Source: Thermoplasmata archaeon
Lineage (GTDB): Archaea > Thermoplasmatota > Thermoplasmata > Lutacidiplasmatales > UBA184
NCBI GenBank assembly: GCA_022750125.1
Contig: JAKIWH010000003.1
Span: forward strand, 5,655-41,408
DNA length: 35,754 nt
Direction of reading: 5' to 3'
Made by a program: the position numbers and the translations under genes. The notes under the pieces are model-generated. The model did not search any database and was not told where the DNA came from. It worked only from the letters and a program-made list of their open reading frames with translations. Positions 7,680 through 17,236 of this stretch are shown one piece after another. The first letter of the stretch is position 1. Each line of letters begins with the position of its first letter.

Positions 7680-10600
7680 ATGGATGCTCCCAACTCGGCC
7701 GATACGCGAGAACCCAGCCCGCCGGTCGAACCTCGGGTCCTCGCGTTCGGCCGTCAGCTCCTCGCGCTAGCCCGACGGGCGGCCCGGAGAGCCGGCGGTT
7801 GGCTACAGACCCGCGAAGGTCGCGTCTTTCTCGGGTTCGCCGCGGTCGCGACGTTCATCACCCTGGTGAACTTCCGGGGACTCTTCACGGTACACTTCAT
7901 CGATAACTCCTGGCCGCAGGACCCGAGCGGCCAGCTCCGCTCTCTCGTCTACGCCTGGGGACCCGACCGGTTGGGCTACCTCAACCTACTCGGGCCGATC
8001 GCGATACCTAGCACCACCTTCGCAGCGGGGTTACAGCTGCTAGGAGCGCCGTCCGGAGTTCAGGAGATCCTGCTCCTGGTTCTCCTCCTGACGGTGGCCC
8101 TCTACTTCACTTACCGGCTGCTGGCTCGGTATGTTCTTCGGCAGGTCGAGCCGGAGCTTCGACAGCTCCTCGCCGTTGTCGGCGCGCTTCTCCTCGTGAC
8201 CAGCTTCTACGTTCAAACCGTCTACTGGTGGGACTTCCTGCCGGATGGATTCCTCCTTCTTGCGGCGGGGTCGGTCCTCCTCTACTACGCGACAGCAGCC
8301 CTTTCCGACGTGCTTGGTCAGCATCCCCAGCCGCGGGGCCGGCTCGTACTGCTGGCCGTCGCTTCGACCCTTGCGTTTAGCGTGAACATTCCGTTCAACC
8401 TCTCGCTCCTCTTTCTCGTATTCACCCTCCCGGCCCTCGCGGTGATCGCGGCTGGGCGCGCGAAATTCAGGGTCGGCCCGTGGCTCCGGTTCGAGGTTCT
8501 GCTCGCGGCTCTCGTCGCTCTCACCTCGCTCTGGTGGCTCCTTCCCTCTGCCGAGTTCGCCACCATCGCGCCGGCGTACGTCACGACCCAGTCGGTCGCC
8601 ATCGACAGCCATGCGATCTTCGTAAGCAGTACGAGCGGTATCGACCTCGTAGGCCTCCTCGAAGGACAGCTCGGCTACCCGCTCTACAACGCGGGCCACT
8701 TCGGGCTCACTTCGGCGATCCACGCCGACCTCGGCGTTCCCCTCTCCGTCCTCTTCCTGGGTGTGCTCGCGGGTGGCCTCCTGCTCTGGAAACGTCGCGA
8801 GCACCTTGCGCTCACGCTCGCGACGGGACTCATGCTCTTCCTTGCGCTCTTCGTCACCGGGGTGAACTCGCCGTTCTACCCCGTAGTCTTCGGCTTCCTG
8901 TTCCAGTCGCCGCTCCTCCTCACGTCGCTCCGGACGCCGTTCGTGGCGTTCGGGCTCGCCTTCGAGGAGTTTTGGGTCTGCGCGATGTGTCTCGGTGCGA
9001 GTTCCTGCTACGGATGGCTGCGCGGTCAACTTGATCGGCCCGTCGGCGAAGTCGCGGCGTCGCCGCCGACACACCGCTCGATCCGCGCGCTCCGGTCCCG
9101 GGCGCCACGTCTTCTCGGTCCAGTGCTGATCGGCCTCCTACTGCTTGTTCCGGCCGCAACGCTCGCTCCGGGCGCCTGGGCGGGAGACGCCGTTCCCGTT
9201 GCGCCGTACCAGGCCCGCATGGAGGTGGCCCCGTACGAGGCCTCGGTTGCCTCCTTCCTTCGCGGGCACCTCGACGGTCGAGTAGCCATGCTGTACCCTG
9301 GGGGGTTCCTCGAGCAGAATTGGACCCACGGGTACGACGGCTACGACGTGCTTCCTTCCCTGCTCCCCGGGGAGCTCCTGATCGACAACTACCGGGAGGG
9401 GTTTGTGGCCACCAACAACTCCCTGCTCACTCTCGCGTACTCGACCCTCGACAACGGCAATCCTCGTTCGGCCGGATTCGGCACTCTCCTCGCCCGGCTG
9501 GGCGTCGCCTACCTCGTCGTTGAGGGGGACGTCGGAGGAAACTTCCCGTTCGGACAGAGCACGCCTCCGAACTACGCGGCGCTGCTCGGGTCGTTGAACG
9601 CCTCGGTGAACCTGAGCCTCGCGGCGACCTTTGGCCCCGACTACGTCTACGGCGTCGCCTCCCCGCGGGGACTTGTCTCCCTCGTCGACTCGACGGTCTC
9701 CGAAGCGGGGCTCGTCCAGGCCGAGGTCCAGCCGAGCCTGGACCTCACCCGAGCCTACTTCAACGCAACACGAATCGTGACCACCTCGGTTCCGTTTCCG
9801 CCGGTCGCCGCCCGCTGGCAGAACGGTATCAACTTCACGGCGGCTCCCGGGGACAAGATTCGGATCGCCGCTTCGGACGCAGAGCAGGCTCCGCCGCTGC
9901 CGGGTCCGATCACCCTCGTGAACGGCTACCCGCTCGACCTGAATGTTTCCGCCGGCGACACGCTCCTACTCAACTTCTCGACGAACGCGGCTACGGCGAT
10001 CTCCGTTTCCCTGATCGTCGCTCCCACGCTCACGGGACTTCCGCTTGGATCGGTGTACGCGGCCACGTATTCGGTGGGCGCCCCTGCCGACAACCTCGGA
10101 ACCGGCGACGCGGCGCTCGTACCGGCCTACGGGGCCAACCACTTCGTGAGTCCGGGCCATTTCACGCTGCTCTCCGACGACCTCGCCGCGACGCTACGTG
10201 GAGTGTCGAACCCCACCATCCACTTCCTCGCGATCACCCTCTGGCCCGTGAATCCGGACGGCTCCGGAAACCGCGGTGCTCCGGTTGCCGCTTGGCCCGG
10301 GAGCCAATCCGTCCAGATCTCGAGCCTCGAGCTCGGAACCAATCTGTTCCTCGGGCCGGCCCTGCTCCCTGCAGACCCGTTCGCGGGGGGATGGGCTTCC
10401 GGGACGAGTCCGGTCGACCTCCTTCCCGCAGTTACCGTCGGGCTTCGGACGAACAGCTCCCTAGCTCCGCCGCACACGCTCTTTGAGACCGGGGTGAACG
10501 GTTCGGTTGGGATGGTCTTCGGTCCCTCCGCCAAGTCGAACTGGTCCTCGCACCCGCTCGGTCCCCCCTTCGCTCCTTACGGGCCGCCGACGTACTTCTC

Positions 10601-11501
10601 CGCCAATTCCCTCGGCGTGAACGTTAGCCGCACGCCGTTTCTCACGCTCAACCTTACGAGTGCTCGGGACACAGCATTCGCGGTCGCGGTCGTGCCGGAC
10701 AGGAATCTCTCCTCCCTCTCCTCCAGCAGCTTCGCTCGCGACACCTTCTTCCTCGGCGGGGTAGGGAGCACGGCGGGGGAAGGAGATCCGCTCCTGACCC
10801 CGACCTACGGGACGCGCCACTACGACTCGAACGGGAGCTGGCTCCGCTTCACCGAGGTGCTCTCAACGCTGCTCCCAGGCGCGAGCCCGTTCGTAAACCA
10901 CCTCCTCTTCGAGCTGTTCTACGTTTCCCCCAACGGGAGCGGCGTCCGCGGCCTATCACCGGAAGCCTGGCCCGGCACCCAGACGCTGCTCCTCGGTTCC
11001 GCGGAAGCCAGTCCATACCTCGTCGACGGTAGCCCGCCGACCGGACCGCTTCCTTCGCTCATGGGGATCCCGTTCGCGGCAGCCGTACCGGGAGGACTTC
11101 CGCTCGACGCCGCGAGTCTCGCAGGGCCTCCAGCGAGCTTCGATCGGAACGTGAGCCTCACCTACAGCTATCCCTCGCCGACGAACTTCAAGGTCCGCCT
11201 CTCGACGACCGACCCGAGCTCCCCGAAGCTGGAGGTGCTGGTCGAGCTCGCGCAGACGTACTTCGGCGGCTGGCAACTGGAGAACCTGCACGGGATCGTT
11301 TCGTGGAGCCAGGTGCGCCTCGACGGCGCCCTCGATGGTTTCCTGGTCGAGCTCGCGCCGGGTGCCGTGACGGCGAGCTTCGACATCACCTTCCTTCCGC
11401 AGACGCTCTACACGGTCTCGCTCGTGCTGGGACTGCTCGTCCCCGCCTCGATCGGCGTGTACCAGTGGCTCGTCCCCCTCGTCCGGAGGCGGCTCCGTTG
11501 A
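7680..11501 (+). CDS. Large GT-C membrane protein, AftD (DUF3367)/YfhO-like
   Basis: About 12-13 N-terminal TM helices, then RVAMLYPGGFLEQNW and LLARLGVAYLVVEGDV. The C-terminus LAQTYFGGWQL..VRLDGALDGFLV..ITFLPQTLY plus a TM helix resembles AftD/YfhO architecture. Confidence 0.7.
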   Translation: MDAPNSADTREPSPPVEPRVLAFGRQLLALARRAARRAGGWLQTREGRVFLGFAAVATFITLVNFRGLFTVHFIDNSWPQDPSGQLRSLVYAWGPDRLGYLNLLGPIAIPSTTFAAGLQLLGAPSGVQEILLLVLLLTVALYFTYRLLARYVLRQVEPELRQLLAVVGALLLVTSFYVQTVYWWDFLPDGFLLLAAGSVLLYYATAALSDVLGQHPQPRGRLVLLAVASTLAFSVNIPFNLSLLFLVFTLPALAVIAAGRAKFRVGPWLRFEVLLAALVALTSLWWLLPSAEFATIAPAYVTTQSVAIDSHAIFVSSTSGIDLVGLLEGQLGYPLYNAGHFGLTSAIHADLGVPLSVLFLGVLAGGLLLWKRREHLALTLATGLMLFLALFVTGVNSPFYPVVFGFLFQSPLLLTSLRTPFVAFGLAFEEFWVCAMCLGASSCYGWLRGQLDRPVGEVAASPPTHRSIRALRSRAPRLLGPVLIGLLLLVPAATLAPGAWAGDAVPVAPYQARMEVAPYEASVASFLRGHLDGRVAMLYPGGFLEQNWTHGYDGYDVLPSLLPGELLIDNYREGFVATNNSLLTLAYSTLDNGNPRSAGFGTLLARLGVAYLVVEGDVGGNFPFGQSTPPNYAALLGSLNASVNLSLAATFGPDYVYGVASPRGLVSLVDSTVSEAGLVQAEVQPSLDLTRAYFNATRIVTTSVPFPPVAARWQNGINFTAAPGDKIRIAASDAEQAPPLPGPITLVNGYPLDLNVSAGDTLLLNFSTNAATAISVSLIVAPTLTGLPLGSVYAATYSVGAPADNLGTGDAALVPAYGANHFVSPGHFTLLSDDLAATLRGVSNPTIHFLAITLWPVNPDGSGNRGAPVAAWPGSQSVQISSLELGTNLFLGPALLPADPFAGGWASGTSPVDLLPAVTVGLRTNSSLAPPHTLFETGVNGSVGMVFGPSAKSNWSSHPLGPPFAPYGPPTYFSANSLGVNVSRTPFLTLNLTSARDTAFAVAVVPDRNLSSLSSSSFARDTFFLGGVGSTAGEGDPLLTPTYGTRHYDSNGSWLRFTEVLSTLLPGASPFVNHLLFELFYVSPNGSGVRGLSPEAWPGTQTLLLGSAEASPYLVDGSPPTGPLPSLMGIPFAAAVPGGLPLDAASLAGPPASFDRNVSLTYSYPSPTNFKVRLSTTDPSSPKLEVLVELAQTYFGGWQLENLHGIVSWSQVRLDGALDGFLVELAPGAVTASFDITFLPQTLYTVSLVLGLLVPASIGVYQWLVPLVRRRLR
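9900..11012 (+). repeat. Internal duplication of a ~146-aa domain (9900-10337 and 10575-11012)
   Basis: GTGDAALVPAYGANHFVSPG vs GEGDPLLTPTYGTRHYDSNG; VNPDGSGNRGAPVAAWPGSQ vs VSPNGSGVRGLSPEAWPGTQ; LDLNVS vs LGVNVS. Confidence 0.85.
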
Positions 11502-12751
11502 GGGACGGAAGCGGATCCAAGCCACGACTTCTCGTCCTGTACCCTGCGGGCCTCCCCCACTACGCGGACCGTGAGCTCCTCGCACTGCTGCCTCGGTTCG
11601 ACACGACCTTCGTGGTGCCCGAGGATTCGTCCCGTGAGCAGTTTACGACCCCTCCCGCGCTCATCCTTCCCGCACGGTACCGCCGCGTCCCCGGTCTCGC
11701 CCCGTTCAACGCGACCGTCGCCGGGGGACTCCCCGACCTCGAAACACTGATCGACAGGACCGAGCCCGACCTTGTCGCGACGTACGAACTCTTCAGCGCT
11801 CTAACCCACCAAGTGACGAAGACTCCCCACAGGTCCAGATTCTTCCACCTCGTCGTGAGCTACGAAACGACCCGCGCACCGGACGGAGCCTGGGGTCACT
11901 ACCCGCTCGCTCGGCGCTGGGCGAAGGACGCGGTCCGGCACGCCGACCTCCTCCTCGTCCACACCGAGCGCGCTCGGGATGCGCTTCGCGAGTTCGGAGC
12001 CCCTCCCGAAAAGCTCTGGCTCAATCCCCCCGGCATCTACGTCCGTGACTCGGTACCGGCCCGAGGCGCTCCTCGGGTACCAGGTCCCCTGCGGGCGCTC
12101 TTCGTGGGCGGACTTCGTCGAAACAAGGGGGTGCTGAGCCTCCTGGCAGCGATCCGGGAGCTCGCCTCGGTGCACGCGGAGTTTCGGTTCGTGGGCGACG
12201 GACCGCTCGAGGGAAAGCTACGAGCTGCGGCACGAGCCGATCCGAGAATCCTCGTGGAGGGACGGCTCAGCGAGACGGAGAAGCAGGTTCGCCTCGACAC
12301 CGCGGACCTCTTCGTGTATCCGAGCGAGGACCTGCGCCTCGGACCGTGGATCCGCTGGGAGGAGCAGACGGCCACGAGCGTCCTTGAGGCGATGGAAGCC
12401 GGACTTCCGGCCCTCGGAACCTCGTCCGGCGCGCTCCCCGAGATCATCGGAGACCCCACGATGGTCGTCCCCCAGCACTCCCCGGCGGCGCTCGCCGGTC
12501 GCCTCCGGGAGCTCCTATCGGATCCTCCCGAGCTCGGACGGCGGGGGCGCGGTTGCCGGGAGCGGGCCCGCACCAGGTTCAACCTCCGGCTCGCCGCTGT
12601 TCGGGCGGACGAGGAGCTCTTCCGGAGGTGGGGGACTGCCCGTTCGGCTCCGCGAGGTCGAGAAGCGGCGCCCTCCCCGGACCCGGGGCCCGCGGTTCCC
12701 CGCGCCACGACGGGGGGCCACCGACGCGCCGAGCTGACGGAGCAGGAATGA
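11498..12751 (+). CDS. Glycosyltransferase family 4
   Basis: LFVGGLRRNKGV, FVGDGPL, DLFVYPS, SVLEAMEAGLP, GALPEII. The TTG start overlaps the upstream TGA (TTGA). Confidence 0.9.
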   Translation: MRDGSGSKPRLLVLYPAGLPHYADRELLALLPRFDTTFVVPEDSSREQFTTPPALILPARYRRVPGLAPFNATVAGGLPDLETLIDRTEPDLVATYELFSALTHQVTKTPHRSRFFHLVVSYETTRAPDGAWGHYPLARRWAKDAVRHADLLLVHTERARDALREFGAPPEKLWLNPPGIYVRDSVPARGAPRVPGPLRALFVGGLRRNKGVLSLLAAIRELASVHAEFRFVGDGPLEGKLRAAARADPRILVEGRLSETEKQVRLDTADLFVYPSEDLRLGPWIRWEEQTATSVLEAMEAGLPALGTSSGALPEIIGDPTMVVPQHSPAALAGRLRELLSDPPELGRRGRGCRERARTRFNLRLAAVRADEELFRRWGTARSAPRGREAAPSPDPGPAVPRATTGGHRRAELTEQE

Positions 12752-13473
12752 GAGACGCCGAGGCGATGGCCTATCGTCTACTCCACGAGACCGGCCTTCT
12801 CCGCCCCGCAACGCGGCTTCTCGCCTCCCCGGCCCTCTGGCGAGCGAGCGGGCTCCTCGAGGCTGCCGCGCTGTTTGCGACCGGCGGTTCGGCGGGTAGC
12901 ATCCAGGAGTACGTTCAGAGCATGGAGGCACGATGGACTCCCTTCGGGCGGTGGTTCACCGACGCTCCCCGCGTCCTCGACTTTGGAACGGGCCTAGGCG
13001 GAAACCTGCTCGGACTCCGTGCCCGTGTCGGGAGCGGGCTCGGGATTGACGTCAATCCGTTCTACATCACCCGCGCCCGTCGGCTCGCCGAGAGGTACGG
13101 TGCCCGTCAGCTGCGTTTCGAAGCGTACGATGGGGTCCACCTTCCGCTCGAGCCCCCGTACGACGTCATCCTCTCCACGGGCACGTTCGAGCGACTTTCC
13201 AAGCCGGCGGTGAGGCGGTACGCGGGACTCCTAGCGGCCGCGCTCGCCCCTCGGGGACGTTTCATCGCGTACTTCCTGACCACGAGCGCGCGGGAGCGGG
13301 GGTTCGGGAGGCTCCTCGGCCAGGAATCGTACGTCTTCTGGGAGGAGTCGGAGCTCGATTCGCTCGTCCGGTCGAGCGGGCTCAAGCTCGAGGAGCGGAT
13401 CGCCCGGTTCCCGACGAGCGGGGACGTGCTGGTGATGCGTCCCGCCGGCTCAGGCCCGCACGCGGCGCCGTAG
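12748..13473 (+). CDS. Class I SAM-dependent methyltransferase
   Basis: RVLDFGTGLG, GIDVN, YDVILS..TFE, LAPRGRF. ATGA overlap with the GT4 stop. Confidence 0.88.
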   Translation: MRDAEAMAYRLLHETGLLRPATRLLASPALWRASGLLEAAALFATGGSAGSIQEYVQSMEARWTPFGRWFTDAPRVLDFGTGLGGNLLGLRARVGSGLGIDVNPFYITRARRLAERYGARQLRFEAYDGVHLPLEPPYDVILSTGTFERLSKPAVRRYAGLLAAALAPRGRFIAYFLTTSARERGFGRLLGQESYVFWEESELDSLVRSSGLKLEERIARFPTSGDVLVMRPAGSGPHAAP

Positions 13474-14223
13474 AAGGCCACGCCGCCCGGGGGTGAGCCC
13501 GCCGACCGCCTCCAAGGCGACGCCGGTCGCAAAGGTGCTGAACGCTGAGTTCCAGGTCACGTCGTCGGCGTAGAGGAACCCTCCCGCACAGAGGTGCGGC
13601 CAGGCCGCCTCAAACTCGAACCGCATCGTTTCCATCGAGTGCTCGCTGTCGTGGAAAAAGAGCCCGACCTCGCCGAGTCGTGCGAGGAGCCCGGGGAGGA
13701 GCTCGTCGCTCCGTCCGAGCTGGAGCTCCCAACTGGGTCGGAGCTCCTCCGGAACGAGCCACCCCGGTGCGAGCTCCTTCGGAAGGAACACGCGCTCGCG
13801 CCGGCCGTCGCTGTTGAGGTAGCCTCCCGCGCTCCGGCTCGGGAGGTCGATCGAGTAGAGCCGCCCCGAGCCGTTTCTCCGAAGTGCCTCAAGAATGATC
13901 GTCGAGGAGAGTCCGGAGGCCACGCCGGTCTCTACCACGACGTGAGGGCGCGCGCTCCGTACGAGCAGATAGATCTCCTGGTTCGCGAGGCTTGGCCCCC
14001 AGCCGGTCAAGAGCCTCTCCGCGAGACTCGCACCCTTGAGCCCGGCCCCCATTCGAGCCGGGTCGCCGGAGTACGCCTGCGCGAGGCGGTTCGCGAGCGA
14101 GCGAAACAGCTCGCTGCCCCGAGCAAACTCTCGCAGATGCTCGCGCTGGCGGGCGCGGTCGATGCCCAGGACCGATTCGTAGAAGCTGGAACGTCCGAGA
14201 TATCCCGCGAGCCTCCCTCCCAT
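13450..14223 (-). CDS. Class I SAM-dependent methyltransferase (Methyltransf_24-like)
   Basis: VVETGVASGLSS..ILEAL..NG.GRLYSIDLP, LFFHDSEHS, GGFLYADDV. ATG at 14223. Confidence 0.88.
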   Translation of the reverse strand: MGGRLAGYLGRSSFYESVLGIDRARQREHLREFARGSELFRSLANRLAQAYSGDPARMGAGLKGASLAERLLTGWGPSLANQEIYLLVRSARPHVVVETGVASGLSSTIILEALRRNGSGRLYSIDLPSRSAGGYLNSDGRRERVFLPKELAPGWLVPEELRPSWELQLGRSDELLPGLLARLGEVGLFFHDSEHSMETMRFEFEAAWPHLCAGGFLYADDVTWNSAFSTFATGVALEAVGGLTPGRRGLLRRRVRA

Positions 14224-14237
14224 GAAACCTCCCGGAG

Positions 14238-15509
14238 CTACGTGGCGGCGGGGGCCGGCTCCACCCCTGCCACCCGCCGAAACTCCGACTCGAGTCGATC
14301 GACGATCTCCTCCCAACGGTACTGGGCGGCTCGGAGCCTGCCTGCGATCCCGAGCCTTCGACAGAGCTCCGTGTCCTCGAGCAGCCGTGAGAGCTGGTCG
14401 GCGAGCCTCTGGCGATCCCCCACGGGGTAGTAGAGTCCCTCGACTCCGTCGTCCACGAACTCCGAAACCCCGAACACTTCCGGGTACTTGGGTACGGCAA
14501 CAACGGCGGGAAGGCCGTGAGCGAGTCCTTCGAGGGCGGCGAGCGAGAATCCCTCGCGCTCGGAGGGGAGGACGAGGACCCGACTCGACCGCAGGGTCTC
14601 GTTGCGGAACGCGGGAGAGGCGAAACCCGGGAGCTCCACCTGGGACTCCAGGCCAAGGCGTCGAACCAGCTTCCGGCTCGGTTCGAGCCGTGGACCCGAG
14701 CCGAGCAGCACCGCGCGACCGACCCAACCGTGCTGCGCTCGAAGGAGGCCTAGCGCGCCGATGAAGTCCTCCGGCCGTTTCTCCCGGACCATTCGACCCA
14801 CATACGCGAAGTCGAACCGGGGCTCTGCGACGGGCGCGGCGGTGCGGCCGGTGGACGCGACGGGAGTCTCCGGGGCGAGAGGGATCACGCTCAACCGACC
14901 GGGGTCCGCGCCGAAGTTCCTCTCAAGACTCTGGGCCGTCACTCGCGAGATGGCGATCACCCAATCCGAATCGCGGACGCCCTTTCGCAGGAGGCGGGCG
15001 ATCACGTGGGTCATCGAGGAGCCGAGCGGTCCCCGCCAGTAGGGGTAATCGAGCCACGCCTCGCATACATCGATGGCGAGAACGCATCCCAACTCCCTCG
15101 CCCAACGATCGACGCTCCGAAGGTGGAGGTAGGGGATCGCCTCAACGATCACGAGGTCCGGCTTCCAGGCCACGAGCCCTGGGGGCGGATGGCGGAGCGC
15201 GAGAGCGAACCGGAGCCCGTGGAGGAGACTTCGTTGGCCCGAGTGCTGGGCTTGGAAGGTCAGAGACGAACACCGAACGAACTGTACACCCTCCCGCTGG
15301 ACCGAGGCCACCGGCAGCGATGTGTACACTCGGACGTCGTGGGACACGGCGAGGCCCTGAGCGAGCGCGAGAACGCGGTGCTCGTATCCGCCGGTGAACC
15401 ATGGCTCACATTTGTCCACGATGAACGCCATTCGGAGCTTCCGATCGGCGAAGAGGGGTGGGGAGCCTCGATAGCGAGAGACCTTCGGACCAGCGGCGCC
15501 CCCGATCAC
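14238..15509 (-). CDS. Glycosyltransferase family 4
   Basis: GGYEHR, YVGRMVREK, VLPSEREGFSLAALEGLAHGLP. Alternative ATG start at 15431. Confidence 0.92.
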   Translation of the reverse strand: MIGGAAGPKVSRYRGSPPLFADRKLRMAFIVDKCEPWFTGGYEHRVLALAQGLAVSHDVRVYTSLPVASVQREGVQFVRCSSLTFQAQHSGQRSLLHGLRFALALRHPPPGLVAWKPDLVIVEAIPYLHLRSVDRWARELGCVLAIDVCEAWLDYPYWRGPLGSSMTHVIARLLRKGVRDSDWVIAISRVTAQSLERNFGADPGRLSVIPLAPETPVASTGRTAAPVAEPRFDFAYVGRMVREKRPEDFIGALGLLRAQHGWVGRAVLLGSGPRLEPSRKLVRRLGLESQVELPGFASPAFRNETLRSSRVLVLPSEREGFSLAALEGLAHGLPAVVAVPKYPEVFGVSEFVDDGVEGLYYPVGDRQRLADQLSRLLEDTELCRRLGIAGRLRAAQYRWEEIVDRLESEFRRVAGVEPAPAAT

Positions 15510-15554
15510 TAGCGTGCCTCTACCACCGCTCGGATGGGACGGCCCACAGGGTCG

Positions 15555-17015
15555 CTAGGAGTACCCCCACGCAGCAAGATGTTCCTCAATCGGGGTGATC
15601 GACTTAGGTTCACGCTGGAGGAAAGGAAGCTCGGAGGGTCCCTCTCGCATCGGAGCCGGGAACAATCGGGCGGCCAACTGGACCGCCTCTTCCCCCACCA
15701 CGATCTCGCGCGGGGGCCGGTCGTGGTCTCCGTTGCCGCTCCAGCGGCCGAGGGTGCCGGTGTCCAGATCGAGTACCGCCTTTCCCTCCTGATCGTAGCG
15801 GGCAACCAGGCGGTGGTTCCACGAGGCAGACATGAACCTCATCGCAAATACGGAGTTCACCTCGTGCGCAGGACTGCCTTCGCAGAACACGGCGGGAGCT
15901 TCTCGCGAGGTCCTCCCGTTCGGGGAGATTCGCTCGCCAGATCCCTCGAACGGTGGTTCGCCCACGGCGAGTGCCAAGGACCAGTCCGAGATCGAGCAGA
16001 GGCTCGTCCAACGGTCCGAGCGTCCCCGCAGCCGCATCGTGTCGGGCAAGCGAGCGAGGAGGGGGACGCGTGCCACAGCGTCGCTCACACCTCCGGAATG
16101 AAACACGTTCCCCTCCTCCCCGAACTGCTGCCCATGGTCGGAGGTGACGAACACTGCGCTCTCTCCGAGGAGGCCGGTCCGCTCCAGCGCACCGAGTATC
16201 AAGCCCACCTTCCGGTCGGCCCGGGCGATCTCGAGGACATAGGCCTGCTCGAGCCGCTCGAGCGCGGCGCGCCGCGAGCGCTCGGAGGTCTGAAGGAGCA
16301 GACTCGCAGGAAGCAGCCCCAGCAGTTCGGAAGGGCGGAGTGGGGGAAGTCCGGGGCCGCGTAGGGTGTAGGGTTCGTGGGCATCGACGCAGTTGAGCAG
16401 GAGGTGAAACGGGCGGTCGCGAGGGCGGCCCGAGATCCACCGGCACGCTTCTTCCACCAGGGTCGGGGCGGTCAATCGTTCCTTGAGCTGCAACCGTTCC
16501 CGGTGGACGAGGAAACCTACGGGCAGCGCCAACGCCGCCCTTCTTCCTTTGAAGAGCCGCGCAAGCGCGTCCATTACGCTCGCTTTCGCCGTGCCGGGGA
16601 TTGGGAGGCCCGTGGCAAGACCGCTCACCTCTCCGACCGAGTTGCCGCTCGTCCGGCAGTACTCGTACCCCTCGGCGAGGCCAGAGTCGCTACTCAGGTG
16701 GGCCTGTTCGGTGAAGAGTGCCGTGGAGAATCCGGACGCGCGGAGCCGCTCGGCGAGGAGCGGCACCGTCGCCCGGGAGCGTCGCTGGACGCTCCTTACC
16801 CTGTGCGAGCTCGGATACAGGCCCGAGAGGAGCGACATGTGCGAAGGGAGGGTCCAATTGGCAGCGGCGACGGCGTGCGTGAACTCCATCCCCTCCGTAC
16901 GGAGGCGGTCGAGCGCGGGGGTGGACGGGGGGCTCACCCCGTCCCTGCTCTCGAGGTTCTTCTGGCGGACGCAATCGAGTACGATGACGACGATGTTGGG
17001 TGTACCCGAGCGCAT
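15555..17015 (-). CDS. Sulfatase-like hydrolase/transferase (alkaline phosphatase superfamily)
   Basis: PNIVVIVLDCVR, WTLPSHMSLLSG, DAHEPY, TSDHGQQFGE, RVPL and a C-terminal HLAAWGY. Confidence 0.9.
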   Translation of the reverse strand: MRSGTPNIVVIVLDCVRQKNLESRDGVSPPSTPALDRLRTEGMEFTHAVAAANWTLPSHMSLLSGLYPSSHRVRSVQRRSRATVPLLAERLRASGFSTALFTEQAHLSSDSGLAEGYEYCRTSGNSVGEVSGLATGLPIPGTAKASVMDALARLFKGRRAALALPVGFLVHRERLQLKERLTAPTLVEEACRWISGRPRDRPFHLLLNCVDAHEPYTLRGPGLPPLRPSELLGLLPASLLLQTSERSRRAALERLEQAYVLEIARADRKVGLILGALERTGLLGESAVFVTSDHGQQFGEEGNVFHSGGVSDAVARVPLLARLPDTMRLRGRSDRWTSLCSISDWSLALAVGEPPFEGSGERISPNGRTSREAPAVFCEGSPAHEVNSVFAMRFMSASWNHRLVARYDQEGKAVLDLDTGTLGRWSGNGDHDRPPREIVVGEEAVQLAARLFPAPMREGPSELPFLQREPKSITPIEEHLAAWGYS

Positions 17016-17236
17016 TGCCCTCCATCGGTATGGATGCCGGCTCCCCCCATATGAACCGGAGCCCCTGCTCGGAGCGGAGCGAAGGGAGGTGAGGGCAGGA
17101 AGACCCTCCGCCCCGCCTTTCGGCCCCTTTGCCGCAGATTCGGCGGGTTTCTCACCCTCGGAACTCGACGAACAGGATTATCTCCCCCACCGTCCAAATC
17201 TCACACAGGCCAACCAAGTTTTGGGGGTGTACACAG

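Noticed and set aside
8226-8240. WWDFL resembling the oligosaccharyltransferase WWDYG motif
   Set aside because: It lies in the N-terminal membrane region rather than the soluble domain, lacks the Gly, and the remaining motifs fit AftD-like proteins rather than AglB.
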